NCBI GenBank assembly: GCA_964187785.1
Contig: OZ076409.1
Location: 61,258,001 to 61,322,000 of the forward strand
Length of the DNA stretch: 64,000 nt
Reading direction: 5' to 3'
Origin: Amphiscolops sp. MND2022
Taxonomy: Eukaryota
Positions 27,117 through 39,121 of this stretch are shown piece after piece. Positions within the stretch are counted from its first letter, which is position 1; every line of letters begins with the position of its first letter. A program made the position numbers and the translations under genes. The notes beneath the pieces are model-generated. The model saw only the letters and a program-made list of their open reading frames with translations. It was not told the origin of the DNA and ran no database searches.

Positions 27117-28575
27117 GATGCAATAACACTATCGCATGTCATTTCACTTCTAAGAAATTTTGTTATCGCTAGCAGTCCGGATTCAGGTTTTTTTCCTATT
27201 TCTTGCTTTCATATTTATTTCTTACAGTATTATCACACCAGTGAAATAGTTATCTGAAAAAAACTGGTTGTCTTTCATGAATTGAAAATTCATCCAGAAA
27301 ATCACTTTTTTCCTTACTTTTTCCGCGAAATTTTTTACTTAAAAATGTACTTTTTCTGCAAATGTTTTCATTTTTTTACGGTCCCTGGTTCTTGATTCGT
27401 TTGTATTTCAGAAGTTTTGTTATGCTTGCCGCGGCCTTTTTGAATAGAACAATCGCAATCTGAAACTAAAATTCTTCTTGATGAAACTTTTTGGTTGCAA
27501 CCAAAATTTTCATCAACAAAAATTGAAAACACGACCGAAATTACTTTTTTGGTAAAATTGAACTAAATAATACTTTTTGAATTGCAAGACTAAAAATATA
27601 GATTCGGTCCCATTTTGTACCGAAAATAATAAAGTGGGCGTCAAAACAATAATTCAATTTCATCGGCCAATAACTATTACGAAGGCGTAATTTGGATGGT
27701 AATAGGCAACGGACAAAAGGCTTTCAAGGACAATTGTCCACCATGCGTGTTGAAACTCTTTCACAGACGTCCTACTATTCTCAACAGGCGCTATTAGGCT
27801 GTATGATAACATCATAACATCGATTGACAAACTATATGTGAAAAGGTTTAAAAGCTATGAATATTTTCAAATTTAGTTTGCGAATCGAAGTTATCGTTCA
27901 GTCTAACAAGCGGACAAAAGAGCCTGTTGAAAATAGTACGGCGTCTACGAAATGATTCCAAACTCCAATAGGAAAAAAATATTCGTTTTCCGGGAATGTG
28001 GGAGCTGGATTTTTGGAAGTAATACTGTCTTACTTTCCTAAATTACAAAAGTTGCATCAAATGCATTGCTTTTTTAACTTGGAAACGTGAGCAAGAAAAA
28101 CAGAAAAACATTCTCCAGTAATTGGCATTTCACTATCCCAAGTTATTTACTTTCCCACTCGTACTAAGACTCCATACATTCCCATCGATGGGCTCATCGA
28201 TGGCCATCGCAACTTTTTCCGATGGGCATCGATGATCCATCGATGGCCAACGATGGGATTTGAATTATTGCCCAGCGCAAGGGGGCACTGGTGGAGCATT
28301 TTAGTGTTAAATATATCTGTGATAGAGCAATTGAAATGATGTAACATGTTTGTAGATAAGTACTGGTACAAAGTGTCTAAACCTTGAGTTTGTCTAGCTT
28401 CATTGCGTGAAGCCATAGTAAAACGAAACAGTTGACTTTTCTAAATTCATCATTCATCAATTTACATTCATCCCTCAATTGTTTACGACTTCATTGAGTT
28501 CATCGTCAACATGGCGTCTTCCTTGTCAACTTCATCGTCACACCCTGTCGGACTGCCGGTGTTGCAAACCCTCCG

Positions 28576-29283
28576 ATGGATTGGGACAAGTGGTTTGACC
28601 TGTTTCAAGTGGCCTTGATGACCAAATATCCCAATTCAGTCACCGAATTGTCGCGAGAAGCGAATCAGCAAAACCCCAGGGTTCGTGCTCTTCTTGGGGA
28701 TTTTGACGAAAATCCTGCAAATAAAAAAGTAATAACCATTCTATACGTATCACTGGGCGAACAAGCAAGGAAGCAGTTTATGGATACGTATCCACACACT
28801 GCATTGTGGGACTTAAAAGCTCAAGGACTTATAACTTTGTGCACCGATTGCTTTCGGAAAAAGAGGAACAGAACGCTGGACAGGCATCGATATTTTTCAA
28901 GACACCAACAACAAAGCGAATCATTATTTCAATTCTGGCATGCCTTAAATGGATTGGCGGCAGTGTGCGACTTTGGGGAGATAACACCTACCCTAGTTCT
29001 GGACATGTTCATACTGCACATGACTAACAAAACGGTGCAAAAAGTATTGTGCACAGAGCCCAAGGACCCGGACCAGGCACTAGAAGTCGCTATCGCCTTC
29101 GAGGAAGGAGTCAAACGACAAAAAGCCTATGGCGCACACGCACCTCAGTCAACTAAATCAACCAAAAAAAGTGAACCGGTTTTCGCCATGGAAAAAGCTA
29201 ACCTCAGGGAATGTTATAGATGTGGCGTAGCGAACTTCACTATCGAATACGTAGATTTCCGCATGGCCACCAATCACCGATGA
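28576..29283 (+). pseudogene. gag: Gypsy gag with C-terminal zinc knuckles (interrupted)
   Basis: MDWDKWFDLFQVALM...RTLDRHRYFSRHQQQSESLFQFWHALNGLAAVCDFG...CYRCG, continuing past the stop as KIVGHLEKCC. The upstream ATG at 28511 is out of frame. Confidence 0.85.
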
Positions 29284-29508
29284 AAATTTTATAAAATAGT
29301 AGGGCATCTGGAGAAGTGTTGCAACAAGAAGTACCTTCAGCGGCACAAAGAGATGCTGCAGAGGTTGAAGAAACGTGACAACACAAAAAGAATGCGAACA
29401 GCAAATTATTTTGAGGAACGCGAGGAAGAATCGGAAGAAGATGAAGACGAAAAGCAACTTGTACTGCGTGTAGATGGCTACCGTTGCAAACCCTTCTATA
29501 TGTAAGGA

Positions 29509-29796
29509 ATGATGTGCGGCAACTATTTTAAGGCGATTATCGATACTGGGTCACCAGGTTACATTTTTACAAAACGAGACTTGCAGAAAATTGTGGGAGA
29601 TAGAAAAGTGGTGATCAGAGACATGATCCCAGGCGAACGCTTCATTGATTACAACAAAAAACCATTAAATTTGCTTGGTTATCAGATCGTACGACTCGAA
29701 GTTGCAGGAGTAACAGTATCGAAAGCCAGAGTTCTAGTAGCACCTAATTTAGGAAAATCAATTGTGGGCCGTGATTGGGTAGTTGCTCTCCGCTAG
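29509..29796 (+). pseudogene. Retropepsin-type aspartic protease
   Basis: AIIDTGSP active site and SIVGRDW motif. Confidence 0.88.
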
Positions 29797-29846
29797 AAAC
29801 TTACGCAGCCAATAGAAAGAGGTGAGTGTAAAATGAATAAACAAAA

Positions 29847-30524
29847 TGCAGTCGAAAACAATTGAGGGATTGAATGTAAATTGATGAATGATGAATTTGG
29901 AATAGTCAACTGTTTCGTTTTACTAAGGCTTCACGCAATGAAGCAAGACAAACTCAAGGTTTAGACACTTTGTATTAGTACTTATTTACGAACATGTTAC
30001 TTCTTTTCAATCGCTCTATCACATTTCCCCTTTTTCAGCACAAAAACAATGTTTAAGTAGGGACTAACGGTCAATATAATTGTTACTCAAGGTAATGTTC
30101 AACTTTTAAAGTTAATACACAACTAAAATTGTTTTGCTGTTTTAGTGCTGGCGTTAACCACTAGTTACTTCTCTTCGTTTTCTTGCCCTCCTCGTTCCTT
30201 TGTATTAAGGTCGATTCCGTATCTTTTAGGGGGCATATGTTTCCTCTCCGATGTACCGACTGGTCCTTTCTTCTCTATTTGCAGGGATACCGTGGCCTTC
30301 ACAGGGAGTGCTGGCTTCTCCGGGCAGCTGCTTTCTTTCGGGGTGTTTTCATCTTTTACTTGTTCATCGTCAACAATATCTAATTCTAACCTACTCTCAT
30401 TTCCTTTTGACCTGAGTATGCTTTCTCGAGCCTGAAAGTCGCTTATTTCGAGGCCTTGTCCTTGAATTGTTTGAACTAAAAGGAAAAACCTGGCAAAATT
30501 GCAATTATTCGCATAAAAACGCAA
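29847..30524 (-). mobile_element. Ty3/Gypsy 3' end of the same family in inverted orientation: pol tail, PPT, 3' LTR (29847-30023)
   Basis: Reverse complement of 29847-30023 matches the 28318-28493 LTR. PPT AAAAAGGGGAAA at 30024-30035. ORF tail ERKHMPPKRYG resembles Gypsy pol C-termini. Confidence 0.82.
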
Positions 30525-31125
30525 CGAAATCGAGCTTCCATTGCTGAGAAAACCATCTGCTTGTAAGAAGAAAACATATCTGAAATATGCAGGAACTTGA
30601 CTCTGAAATTACGTTTTTGTATCAAAAACGTTGGTGTTTTTTCCTTGGAAAATCAACAGAATCCGGTTTTTCACAAAGGTAAATAATAAGGATAACTATG
30701 TATAACTTCATTTCCGCAAAAAATAATTTGGGCATCCTCGAAATCCCAAACAAAGTTTAAATAGACTGAATGAAAAACTTAAATGGCCAGAGTTTTGTTG
30801 AAATTTTGATCATGGCCAAGTCGAACGATTTTTTGTGATGGAAACATTCAATTCCCATCGATGGGATCATCGTTAGAAAAACCTCATCGATGCCCATCGA
30901 TGGACCATTGATGGCCATCGATGGCCCCATGGGACTGCGATGGCCATCAATGAACTGCGATGGGATCTCAGTACGGGCAAGTCTTTTTTTGAGAGGACAT
31001 TGATACACTATGGTAGCAAAAAGCGACGTACAGCTGAAAATTAAATCTTATTCAGTTTGTGAAGAACTTTTTTCATTCTCAACCGGAAGTGAAATCAATC
31101 ACTCTTGAATTAAACATTGTTGAAA

Positions 31126-32629
31126 ATGGTCAAACCTTTGGATTCATACGTTGTTTGCAAAATCGTTACACTTCGCGAAATGGGTTTATCATACAAAGAA
31201 ATTAAAGAAAAGTTGGGTCTTAAATCTCGATCGACAGCTCAAACAGCTTATCAGCGTTTTTTGAGAACGAACTCTTATGTGGCGAAAAAACCTCCAGGCC
31301 GGCCAGAAAAACTCAGCGAAAAAGAGCGAAGACTAATAGTTCGAAGAGTGGAAAAAGACCCAAAAACAACATTAGAACGAGTAAGAGTACTGCAAAACTC
31401 TTTTTCAACGTCAAAGACAGTTTCTAAATGCACTATTCGAAGAATCCTGAAGAAGTACGGAATTGTTTCTAGAAAAGCCGCAAAAAAGTTTAACTTGAAC
31501 AAAAAACAAAGGCTGGTCAGAAAACGCTGGTGCTCGAGAATGTTGAAAAAGCCCCTTGGTTTTTATCCAGCGTCAATTTTCACCGAAATTGGGAAAAAGT
31601 TATGGAATTTTTTTGAAAGAAAAAATATTTGAGAAAAATCTCAAAGTGCCGAAAAAACCAAAACGAAATGAAAAATTTTATCAAATCAACCACTTTGGTA
31701 GAGTGAACTAATAGCGCTTTTGATGGTGCTGTCATAGATACAAGACGAGAACATCTAAATTCGGCGCTAAACCTAAGGCTCAAAAAGCGCAAAGTGTAGA
31801 AACTCTGCTCAGAACTTTTATGAAAAGACAAAAAACCTCAAAACACCAAAATATCATAAAGTTTGAAAGGGGACCCTTTAGTCTCGTTCGGTTTCGTATG
31901 TTACGTTAAAAAAAGAGAAAATGAGAGGGGGGACCTTCTGCACTTCCTTAGATGCATATTCGCTGGCCAGATTTGGGTGTTATTGTAAGCTTGAAGAAGG
32001 TTGTTTTTGTTTCACTCGAACTTTTGCATTTTTGTTCTGAAATTCGGCTGGATGGAAACTAGGCTTCTGGGAAAACGTCGTATTCTCAGACGAAACCCGT
32101 GTGCGCTTGAATAGTGATGGCGTTGTGCGGGTGTTCAGGAAAACTGGTCGTCGCTTTTGCCCGAAAAACACAGAGAATACGCACAGACAAAAGATCTATG
32201 ATGTTTTGGGGGGCCATCAGATCAGATGGTAGGAAAATGGTAATTAAATGTCCCGCGACACTCAACAGTTACGGATATTTGGAGATTTTAAAGCAATACG
32301 ATCGACATTTGAATATACCGGATTTGGTGTTCCAGCAAGACAACGCCCCAGTACACAAAAGTGAAGTTGTTCGCAATTTTCTGGCCCAAGAGCAATGGGA
32401 GGTGCTGGATTGGCCAGCTTACAGTCCTGACCTGAATCCTATTGAAAATATTTGGGCCATTTTTAAAAAAAGCTTGCGAGGTCAGATTGTTACCTGGGAG
32501 AATTTAGAAGAAAAGGTTATGGAAGTGTGGAACAACATAAACCCTGATGTTGTTCGCAACTTGTACTCATCGTATGAGAATCGTCTGGTTAAGGTAATCA
32601 AAAACCATGGTAGTTTGACGGGATATTGA
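31126..32629 (+). pseudogene. Tc1 transposase, interrupted by a 504-bp GT...AG segment and one frameshift (~32175)
   Basis: N-terminal HTH domains with PGRP; WENVVFSDE; MMFWGAI; QQDNAP...WPAYSPDLNPIE (D to E spacing 34). Confidence 0.93.
31559..32062 (+). mobile_element. TIR insertion or putative introner-like intron in the Tc1 transposase; contains a family A HINE fragment (from ~31740)
   Basis: TIRs GTTTTTATCCAGC / GCTGGATGGAAAC (11/13 match); flanks TTG and TAG; GT at 31559 and AG at 32061-32062. Confidence 0.75.
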
Positions 32630-34129
32630 TTTATTATTTGTTTCAACAGTTGTTTCAAATTTTACTGTCTGAGTTTTTTTTAAAAAAATGTTGGTGTACG
32701 TAGCTTTTTGATACCATAGTGTATGAAACTGGACGTGTAATCTCTTCGAACAAAAGAAATTTCAATTATGGGGTGAAAGTTTTGCAACGCTTCGTGGAAA
32801 TTTTTTGAAAGCTGCCTGAAAAGTATGCGGCAATTCAGTGTGACCGATCCATTCCATTTCTCTCAAATTGATGTAATGCAAATGAACATCGAATTGTTTT
32901 CGCTCAGACCAAGTAGAAACTCAAGTACTGGCGGTTTTTGGGAACGTTTTGGGACCACAAAAGTTTTGTTTGTGCTCAGTCTAAAAGATCAAAACGCTTT
33001 AGAAAATTTCGGCAACGCGAGTTAGTCGACGCTGTATGAAATCTGTCCCCACTATTTTCATTGTGTTTTGAAGATTTTTCAGAAAAAAAACTATTCAATC
33101 AACTCAAACTAACCAAAAAGTTCGAAAAAGTACTACTTTTCTCTCAAGATCTAAAGAGCATCTGAGGTGGCCAAAGGGGACTCCTTTCAGTATATTGCTT
33201 TTTACTTGATCAATAAAGATGTATGGGGACACTGGTACGAGACTAAAAATAACACCTGAGCATATTCAAGAAAGTCTGCTCTTTTCAAGGCGCAGATTTT
33301 TTTAGGCTTAGGCGCCCACTTATGTCGACACCGACTTGTTTTCTTTTATGTCTTCTTCAAATTATTCCAGAGTATCTCTTCCGTTTTTTTTTCGAGGCAA
33401 TTTATAGAGGTTTTAGACACGCGCCAGTAGTTTTCTTTGTCGTGAGAAATAGCACTCGAAACCAGCGTACCAACCGTTGGAAAAATTCAAAAAATGAGAT
33501 AGAGACAGAGACTTGTGGAGTAGATACCAAATGTAATGCTCTTAAGCATGGTGCATTCATTCACAGAAGAAATTAAAGCGGATGTATATAAATTAGAACT
33601 GAATTCTGCAAATTCAAGTAAAACAGTCGTAATATTGTGAATTGTTGTACTGCACATTGACAAGTACTCAAGTTTCAAATGTTATCACAATGCGACAACA
33701 CTCTCAAACGTGTTGAGTTGATAGGGTTAACATACTCTCTCAAATATCCCATTTTGATGATTTGTCTAGCGATTCTTACACGATTCAACACCAATGAAAA
33801 CCAAATTATCACTAAATAGTATGAAAGTAACAATAAAAGTACTTTTTGGGCTCTACAGTGCCTCACAGAATTGAACCAATATCCTCCAATATTGTTTTTT
33901 ATTTTTAAAAACAAATTTACCACGGACCCCAAAAATGCTTTTATACTCCAGTCAGAGTTTTTACTCTCTAATGAGGAAACTGCCAATTCAGTACTTGAAA
34001 ACTATAGGTACTCGAACAAAATAATTGCTACAATTTTAGAACTATAAACTAGCGGAACAAGAACAAAGAGCTGATTATGAACTACAATTGATAAAGCTCA
34101 AACAAGAATTTCAGTGTTTGGTATAGCCA

Positions 34130-34990
34130 CTTCTGGCTTTCAGACGCGCTCGAATTTGACTTGCTATGCTAGGAAGAAGATTTTCGAAATTTCTATTAGT
34201 ATGTTCAGCCATTCGTCTGGTGTTCTCTCATTAGTTCGTCTTTCACTTTTGAAGGGTTTTCAGTCTGAAGCTTTGGCTTTAGCGCATGCCAAAGGTGTTC
34301 AATTGAGTTCACGTCTGGTGATTGAGATGGCCAGTCATTTACTTTCACTCCATTTTAATTGAACCACTCATGTGCTCATCATGACATGTGTTTGGGATCA
34401 TTATCTTGTTTAAACACAAAGAAATTGCTCTCCATTTCGCTGTATTTTCCAGCGTCGACCAAACCAAACTATCATCGAGAATCTCACAGTTCAATGTACT
34501 GTCTAAGATAATATCGATCTTGCATGCTTGCCCAACGCCATTCCATTTCATCCAACCCCAGAACATCAAGCTTCCCTCGCCATGTTCACATGTACATTGG
34601 GCATGATACTTTTGTACATATTCGTCGGCCACCATGAGGTTTACTTCTGTCACGTCAGATTTAAAGCATTTCTAAAATCTTTTTCTTAGCTGACCCACTG
34701 GCCCATTTTTGGTCAAATGCACCTCTATGTTTTCAATACCTTCCTGAGAACCCTGCGCACATTTTCAGGATGCACCGTTTGCCCAATCACCACTGATTAC
34801 AACTGCACTTTCTATTTTTCCAGAAGAGATGTCTCGTTTCCCTTTCCAACACCCTTCCACCTTTTTGACAAAGACTTCGTCGCTTTTTGACCCCCTCACT
34901 TGTTCTCGGACTGAAAACGCTGAATATGATTTGCTTGGAAGGAAATCCTCATAGTTTTCATGGATGATCATGGTCTAACACAAGCCGTTC
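34130..34990 (-). pseudogene. Degenerate Tc1-type transposase
   Basis: MFWGWMKWNGVG...EILDDSL, plus FKQDNDPKH and WPSQSPDVNSIEHLW in shifted frames. TIRs not resolved. Confidence 0.85.
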
Positions 34991-37900
34991 ATCTATTATT
35001 CACGCCAATTGTTCAAACTTAAAGTTGATTCACATATCTGTTTTTTTCTGAATTTGATTTTTTAAATTAAAAAAGTTGACTTTCTTCCAGTTTTTGTAAT
35101 GATTCAGTTTTACTACGCCTCCGTTTTTGGGATCTGGCATTGAGAGGTCTTTTTGGTAATTGATTTCAAATCTTCTGTTTGGTTGTCTTTGTAAACAATC
35201 AAATATGAGATGAATCCAATTATTATTCACTGAATTCAATATTGCAGGATTCAGTCCTTTTCCGATTTGATTTCAACGTCGAACTTCAATCTTTTCTCTT
35301 GTTCATCCTCTGCGGTGTCAAAAATTCAACTATGACAACTTAACCGGACTTATCTAAAGTGATAATTTTTTGTTCATGGTTGAAGTTCATTCATTTTCCT
35401 AATCAGTTTTGCCGTTTTCCAATTATCGCGTAAGGGACAGATTTTGGAAAAAAGAAAAGGTGAGAACTGATTTCCGTTGTAAAATCTTTTTCGAGGTCAG
35501 TTCCAATCTAGTTTGGTGTGCCGTTGTGAGTTTCAATGGAAGAAGTGATTTAAGTCTGTTTGTGTGAGGCTTTTGCGCCGGGTCATCATGTGAAAATGTC
35601 AATAGAGGCAAATTTATACTGTCTTTTTTCGTGTTTTTAAAAGATCCGAAAAAACAGGTTGCACTCTTTTCAATCAGTTCATTCGATCTCGCATCTTTTC
35701 ATAAAGTTTTATAAGAAAAAGCCCCTTATTTTTTACCTTGCTCCAAAGCAATTCTCGTACATGTGAACCTCGTCTATAACCTTTGTCATGTACTTGTGGC
35801 CTATAAATGACTAAGAAGAAGCAGCGAATGGAACACGTTTTCATAGATGGCTTTATGTGCGGTTTAACCTGTTATCTATATAGAGGAAATCAATATGATC
35901 CTACAAAAAAGACTTGAGTTTTTTAAAACTCATTTTGAACTTTCTTTATTTTTTAGGCAATTTGGTATGTTTTGATAGCTTTATGTGCTATATAAATTGC
36001 AAGTATCGACATTTGGTTTGAAAGCTTATTCGAGTTTTCTGCAGACGAGTAGAGCAAGTGCGCTCAGTTTTTTTCCAACTAGCTAGTAACACTTTTTCGG
36101 TTTTTCGTTTTTTTTTCCATTTTGAACCAAATATGGTTTCTGAATTGTTCGTTCAATTTAACTGTTCAAGAGCAAAAACTACATGATTAAAAACCGTTGA
36201 AAAACAATCCGTTGCTACTTATAGTTTTATTTAACAACAACTATTTGGTCTGTACTAAAAGCTCGATACCATTACAGTATAGATTTGAGCTACAATTAAC
36301 GTTATCATTTTATCTCTTTTCCCTTACAAGATATTCTCTCAGAATGTATTATGGCGCAGACAGCAATTTGATTTTCCAACGAGCAAAAAGTGTGAAAATG
36401 GAAGACGAAGAGAACAACACAACAGGAAAAGCAAGCAGCCGACTGCTCCCAAATAACACAACAGCGAGATCGGTAGAACGGACATCTACACAAAATGTGC
36501 TCATTCCCATCTTGGAAATGAACGACCACACCAGTGCTAAACTATGGTGGAGAAAGTTCGTCCAGTATACCAAACAGACCCTTGAAATAGATTTATCGAA
36601 CATGACCAATTCCGGAAAAGACTTCCACAATACAGAGATGAATAAATAATAGATGTCTTGTCTTCATTCGGGCAATTGGACAATCAGCGCTCACGGAGAT
36701 GAAAAAGACGGTAGAAGAACAGGAACGAAACTCCCTACCCTTGTACCGACTTTACGCATTATTCAGATTACCATTCATTCCCGAACGGAAAAAAATCATT
36801 GCAGAGCAGACTTCTTCAACTTGAAGCGAGAACCCGGGGAATCAGCGGCAGAAACCTGAAAACGGATTCTCGAAATTGAAAAGAACTGCGAAGAAATAAC
36901 ACCAGCAGAATTGTTGACATCAAATTTTCTTTCAGTAATCAGAAATACAATAGGAGACAACGAACTCAAGAAGAAAACCAAGACGGGAGACATATCGGTA
37001 GAAGCAATTACCGACACAATCCACAAGTACATGTACAAAAAATGAGTCTTTAAACTGAGAAGGAGAAAGAAAAATCAAGCACGTGGACAGAAAAAAATCA
37101 CAAAATACTCGAAAAAGAACACCAAACAAATTCAGGAAAATCGAATGCATCAGATGAAGTGCACATAATTGGAAAAAACAACATGACTGCCCGGCGAAAA
37201 CATAGAAAAGTGTAAACTGCAGGAAAGTCGGCCACTATTGAACATTGCGCTGATCAAAACAAAGCACAGACCGGAAAACAAAACACAATTATACGGATTT
37301 CGAGCAATTAGCGCAAAAGAAGACGGCTGCCAGAAAACAAGATGCACCTAATAACAAGAACGGTTCATTCAACAAAACATACATCCAAAGACGGACAACC
37401 AATCTTTACCACAACGGCATTGGTCAACAACCGTTCAGTCAAATTCATTATTGACAGATGATCGCCAGTCACTCTGATACCTAAACAAATGTTTAAACGA
37501 ATCACTTCGATAAGTCCACTACAAACAGAAAACAGATACGTAAACAACAACAAATTTTAATTCTAAGGAGAAACAGCATCAAATGTCAAAATCAATGGAG
37601 AAACGAAAACGTTGGAAATTTTAATAACAACAAAAAAAGCAAACCCATTGCTTGAATTAGACTGGACGAAACAACCTGGAATCAAATAAGAAACCAAAAA
37701 GCCTAGTCTGAAGATCCAAATTATCCAAGAAGATCCGGATATACCACAGTTGAAAGGAAAATTCACAGAAATAGTCCATGAAAATAAAACGGTCAAAGGA
37801 ATAGAAGAGTATATCCAACTAAACCCAGACGCCAAATTGATACAACAAAAAGACCGATCGATGCCAATACACAATACACCTGCATCCGGCGGTTGGTGAA

Positions 37901-38565
37901 GAAATCAAGATCACTCTAGAGTCACGGAAAACAAGCGAAATAACCGTGAGAAGAAAAACAAAAATGCCTGATATGGATCGGCTGATATCCCGGACAACAG
38001 GAAAAACAGCACACCGGCATCCGACCGAATCTGGGTATCAAAATTTGATCTGGATTACGCTTACGGCCAACTACAGTTGTCAAAAAACGCAATGGACCTA
38101 TGCATTTTTGCACTAACCGGGGGAAATTTCACAAGCTTCTACAAACTCCTGAAAGGGGTTTGCCACCTGGCGGACATTTCGACCAAATTCCAAGAAAAGA
38201 TTGACCAGACACTGGAAAATAAGCATCCCACGTGGCTAGATCACTTACTGGTAGTCACAAAAGGAACAAAAGAACAGCATAAACGTGAGGTTATTGAGGT
38301 ATTGATAAAACTATAAAACGCATGGTATAGATTGAGTGTAACAAAACTGATCTTTTCAAAGCCTAAACAAAGTGAGAAGACCAAAAAATTGACCAAAGCG
38401 GAATCAAACCGTTAAAAGACAAATTGAAAGCGAGACAAAAATTAAAAAAAAAACAAAAAAAGAAAAGGAGCTGGAATCCGTTTTGAGGGCAATCCACTAC
38501 TTATCCAAGTACATTGAAAATCTGTCAGCACAAATAGACTTACTAGGAGAATTGACATTAAGAAA

Positions 38566-39121
38566 AGCAAGCCGGGAACGGCCCAAGTCGGTGTCATATC
38601 TAAGGCTCAAATATAGCAACTTCATATAGAACTTCAAAGTGTCAAATATTTTCTCCTAGAGTACAGGCATTAGGAAAAAATTGAAAAAACCCAAAATTTA
38701 ACATTTCGAATTTTTTGTCGAAATTTTTTCGGTCTCCGGTAAGTCGCATAGTGCCGAAAAATGTAAAAGAGAGTTTACTTAGGAGTTTATTTACCATCCA
38801 TTCCTTTGGAAATTAGAAAATTAAAGGAAGGACCCTCTGGAGACATTCAAAAAAGTGGCGAAAAAAGTCTCACAAAGCCAATATAACCTGCACAAAAAAA
38901 TTTTGGTCAAGGGCGGGATTGGAACCCACGTCCTTCTGCTTGGCAGACCTCAAAAAAGCCTAATATACATCTATGACAAGTGCAAGTAGAAGTAGTGTGG
39001 CACAGTTTAGTAGTAGTGCAAGACAGCTTATAAAGCATATAAAATCTGTCAGTTCGTTGGTATTAAATAAAGGAAAACCGACACTGGTATAGTCAGCGTT
39101 TTCTACGAAAAGCGCCGACTA
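38566..39121 (-). mobile_element. Family A HINE inserted in the Gypsy pol
   Basis: Starts AGCAAGCCGGGAACGGCCCAAGTCGG and ends AGTCAGCGTTTTCTACGAAAAGCGCCGACT. The flanks rejoin as ...LRK/NNWNWTTEHAEAF; the insertion is in an A run with no TSD. Confidence 0.8.
38904..38946 (-). other. tRNA-like 3' half (GCC anticodon loop, T arm, acceptor strand with CCA) embedded in the HINE
   Basis: Minus strand reads CTGCCAA GCAGA AGGAC GTGGG TTCCAAT CCCGC CCTTGAC CA. No 5' half. Confidence 0.6.

Larger units (their letters stand above)
28318..29846 (+). mobile_element. Ty3/Gypsy 5' half: 176-bp LTR (28318-28493), gag, protease
   Basis: LTR TGTGATAG...CGACTTCA followed by gag and protease coding sequence; truncated after the protease. 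Confidence 0.85.
28158..30977. mobile_element. CMC/EnSpm-type non-autonomous DNA element (C(T/C)C...GGG) enclosing Gypsy fragments
   Basis: TIRs CTCGTACTAAGACTCC / GGGATCTCAGTACGGG (12/16 match), 2-bp flanking duplication CA, and subterminal arrays of the palindrome CCATCGATGG at 28180-28260 and 30850-30965. Confidence 0.65.
31006..32721 (+). mobile_element. Tc1-family (DD34E) DNA transposon, full length
   Basis: TA duplications at 31004-31005 and 32722-32723; 27-bp TIRs CACTATGGTA(G/T)CAAAAAGC(G/T)ACGTACA with 2 mismatches. Confidence 0.95.

Noticed and set aside
33487..34110. Hydrophobic minus-strand ORF and coiled-coil-like plus-strand fragments
   Set aside because: No recognisable family motif or splice structure.
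38904..38946. Functional tRNA gene
   Set aside because: Only the 3' half is present, so it is reported as a fragment.
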